This document shows, in pieces, positions 63,201 through 64,000 of a stretch of 64,000 nt of DNA; the stretch's first letter is position 1, and every line of letters starts with the position of its first letter. The stretch comes from Raillietiella orientalis (Eukaryota). The notes beneath the pieces are model-generated. The model was given only the letters and a program-made list of their open reading frames with translations. It had not been told where the DNA came from and did not search any database. A program made the position numbers and the translations under genes. The stretch is from assembly GCA_036172245.1 (NCBI GenBank), contig JAYWIR010000006.1:4154001-4218000 (forward strand), given 5' to 3'.

Positions 63201-64000
63201 TACGTGTTTGCTGCCCACAAGAGTGGTTCACGTTTCACACATTCCCGTTTCCAGTCGCTGGGTTTTTACGCAATGCCTGCGAGCGTGCCCCGTGATCCAA
63301 AAACAAGAAAAAAAAAAAAAAAACGCATCTGCTCCGGCCCGCAAGGAGAGCGAGAGATAGGGAGAGAGAGTTCTCCCGAGCCTTGTTTGCGTAAATACAC
63401 AGAGCTCTAGTTGCCGCAGATCCACCCCCCCAACCCAACCCCCCTCGTCCCTCCGCCCCGTTGTGTACATAGCGATTATACGTTCGGTGCTGAAGTGTTG
63501 CTCCCAATCCTTATCGTCGATCTTCGCCATTTCGAAATCTTATACGTAAAACGTTTCCCTTTGTTTCGCAAAAGTGTTAAGTCGCAATTTCCTACGGTCG
63601 CCTTTTTTTTTGTGTGTGTGTGTGTGTTTTGCTTACCTCTCAGCCTGTTCCGTGCCTCCAGGTATGTCTTTGGGCGCGCGCGCACACGAAGACATACCCG
63701 GAGGCTTTCATGGAGTCGTTCTGCAGAATCTTTTTCCGAAGATCTTTCATTTCTGGTCGCATCTTTTTCGACTCGAACGGATGAGCAAGGAGAGGACTCG
63801 AAGTTCTTCTCGTAAACAGCATGACGGAGGATTTCGAAATCAGCGACGCGCGCCGACAGGAAAGCCGGAAGACCGGGCTCTGAATCCGGGAGTCGTCTTC
63901 GTTCCTTCGGTTCCCCTCTGAAGTGATGCCTTGGAACGCGATTACACGTGTCGGCAAGAGTGTCGCGCGAATGCTCCGCGCTGTATTCCTTGGTTCCAGG

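Noticed and set aside
62889..63410. 173-aa plus-strand ORF
   Set aside because: Antisense to FAXDC2 exons and crosses a poly-A run.
1..64000. CRISPR arrays, bacterial operons/defence systems, rRNA or tRNA genes
   Set aside because: The sequence is spliceosomal-intron-rich eukaryotic DNA. No regularly spaced repeats or RNA-gene signatures were seen, though small ncRNAs could be missed without a covariance search.

Overview
Eukaryotic DNA from a gene-dense metazoan genome (invertebrate, arthropod-like by protein resemblance; species not identifiable from sequence alone). Most of the window is AT-rich with tiny introns, many 40-60 nt. Eleven protein-coding genes were reconstructed by hand-splicing: PIGL(+), SLC25A1(-), UQCRH(+), BLTP2/hobbit(-), MNS1(+), PCM1-like(+), EMC7(-), ATXN3(-), DCTD(-), FBXL13/DRC6-like(-) and FAXDC2(-). 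Gene names come from remembered family motifs, not database searches. A GC-rich island (~48.2-60.3 kb) holds a single-exon FBXL13-like gene between two homologous, inverted L1/Tx1-like retrotransposon relics, with a third relic nearby. Other notable points: convergent stop codons 4 and 19 bp apart, poly(A) signals fused to stop codons, a 161-nt ATXN3-EMC7 gap suggesting a dicistronic or operon-like unit, two GC-AG micro-introns, and perfect 71-bp and 33-bp inverted repeats plus a dead duplicated exon inside BLTP2 introns. No prokaryotic features, CRISPR array, rRNA or tRNA were recognised.
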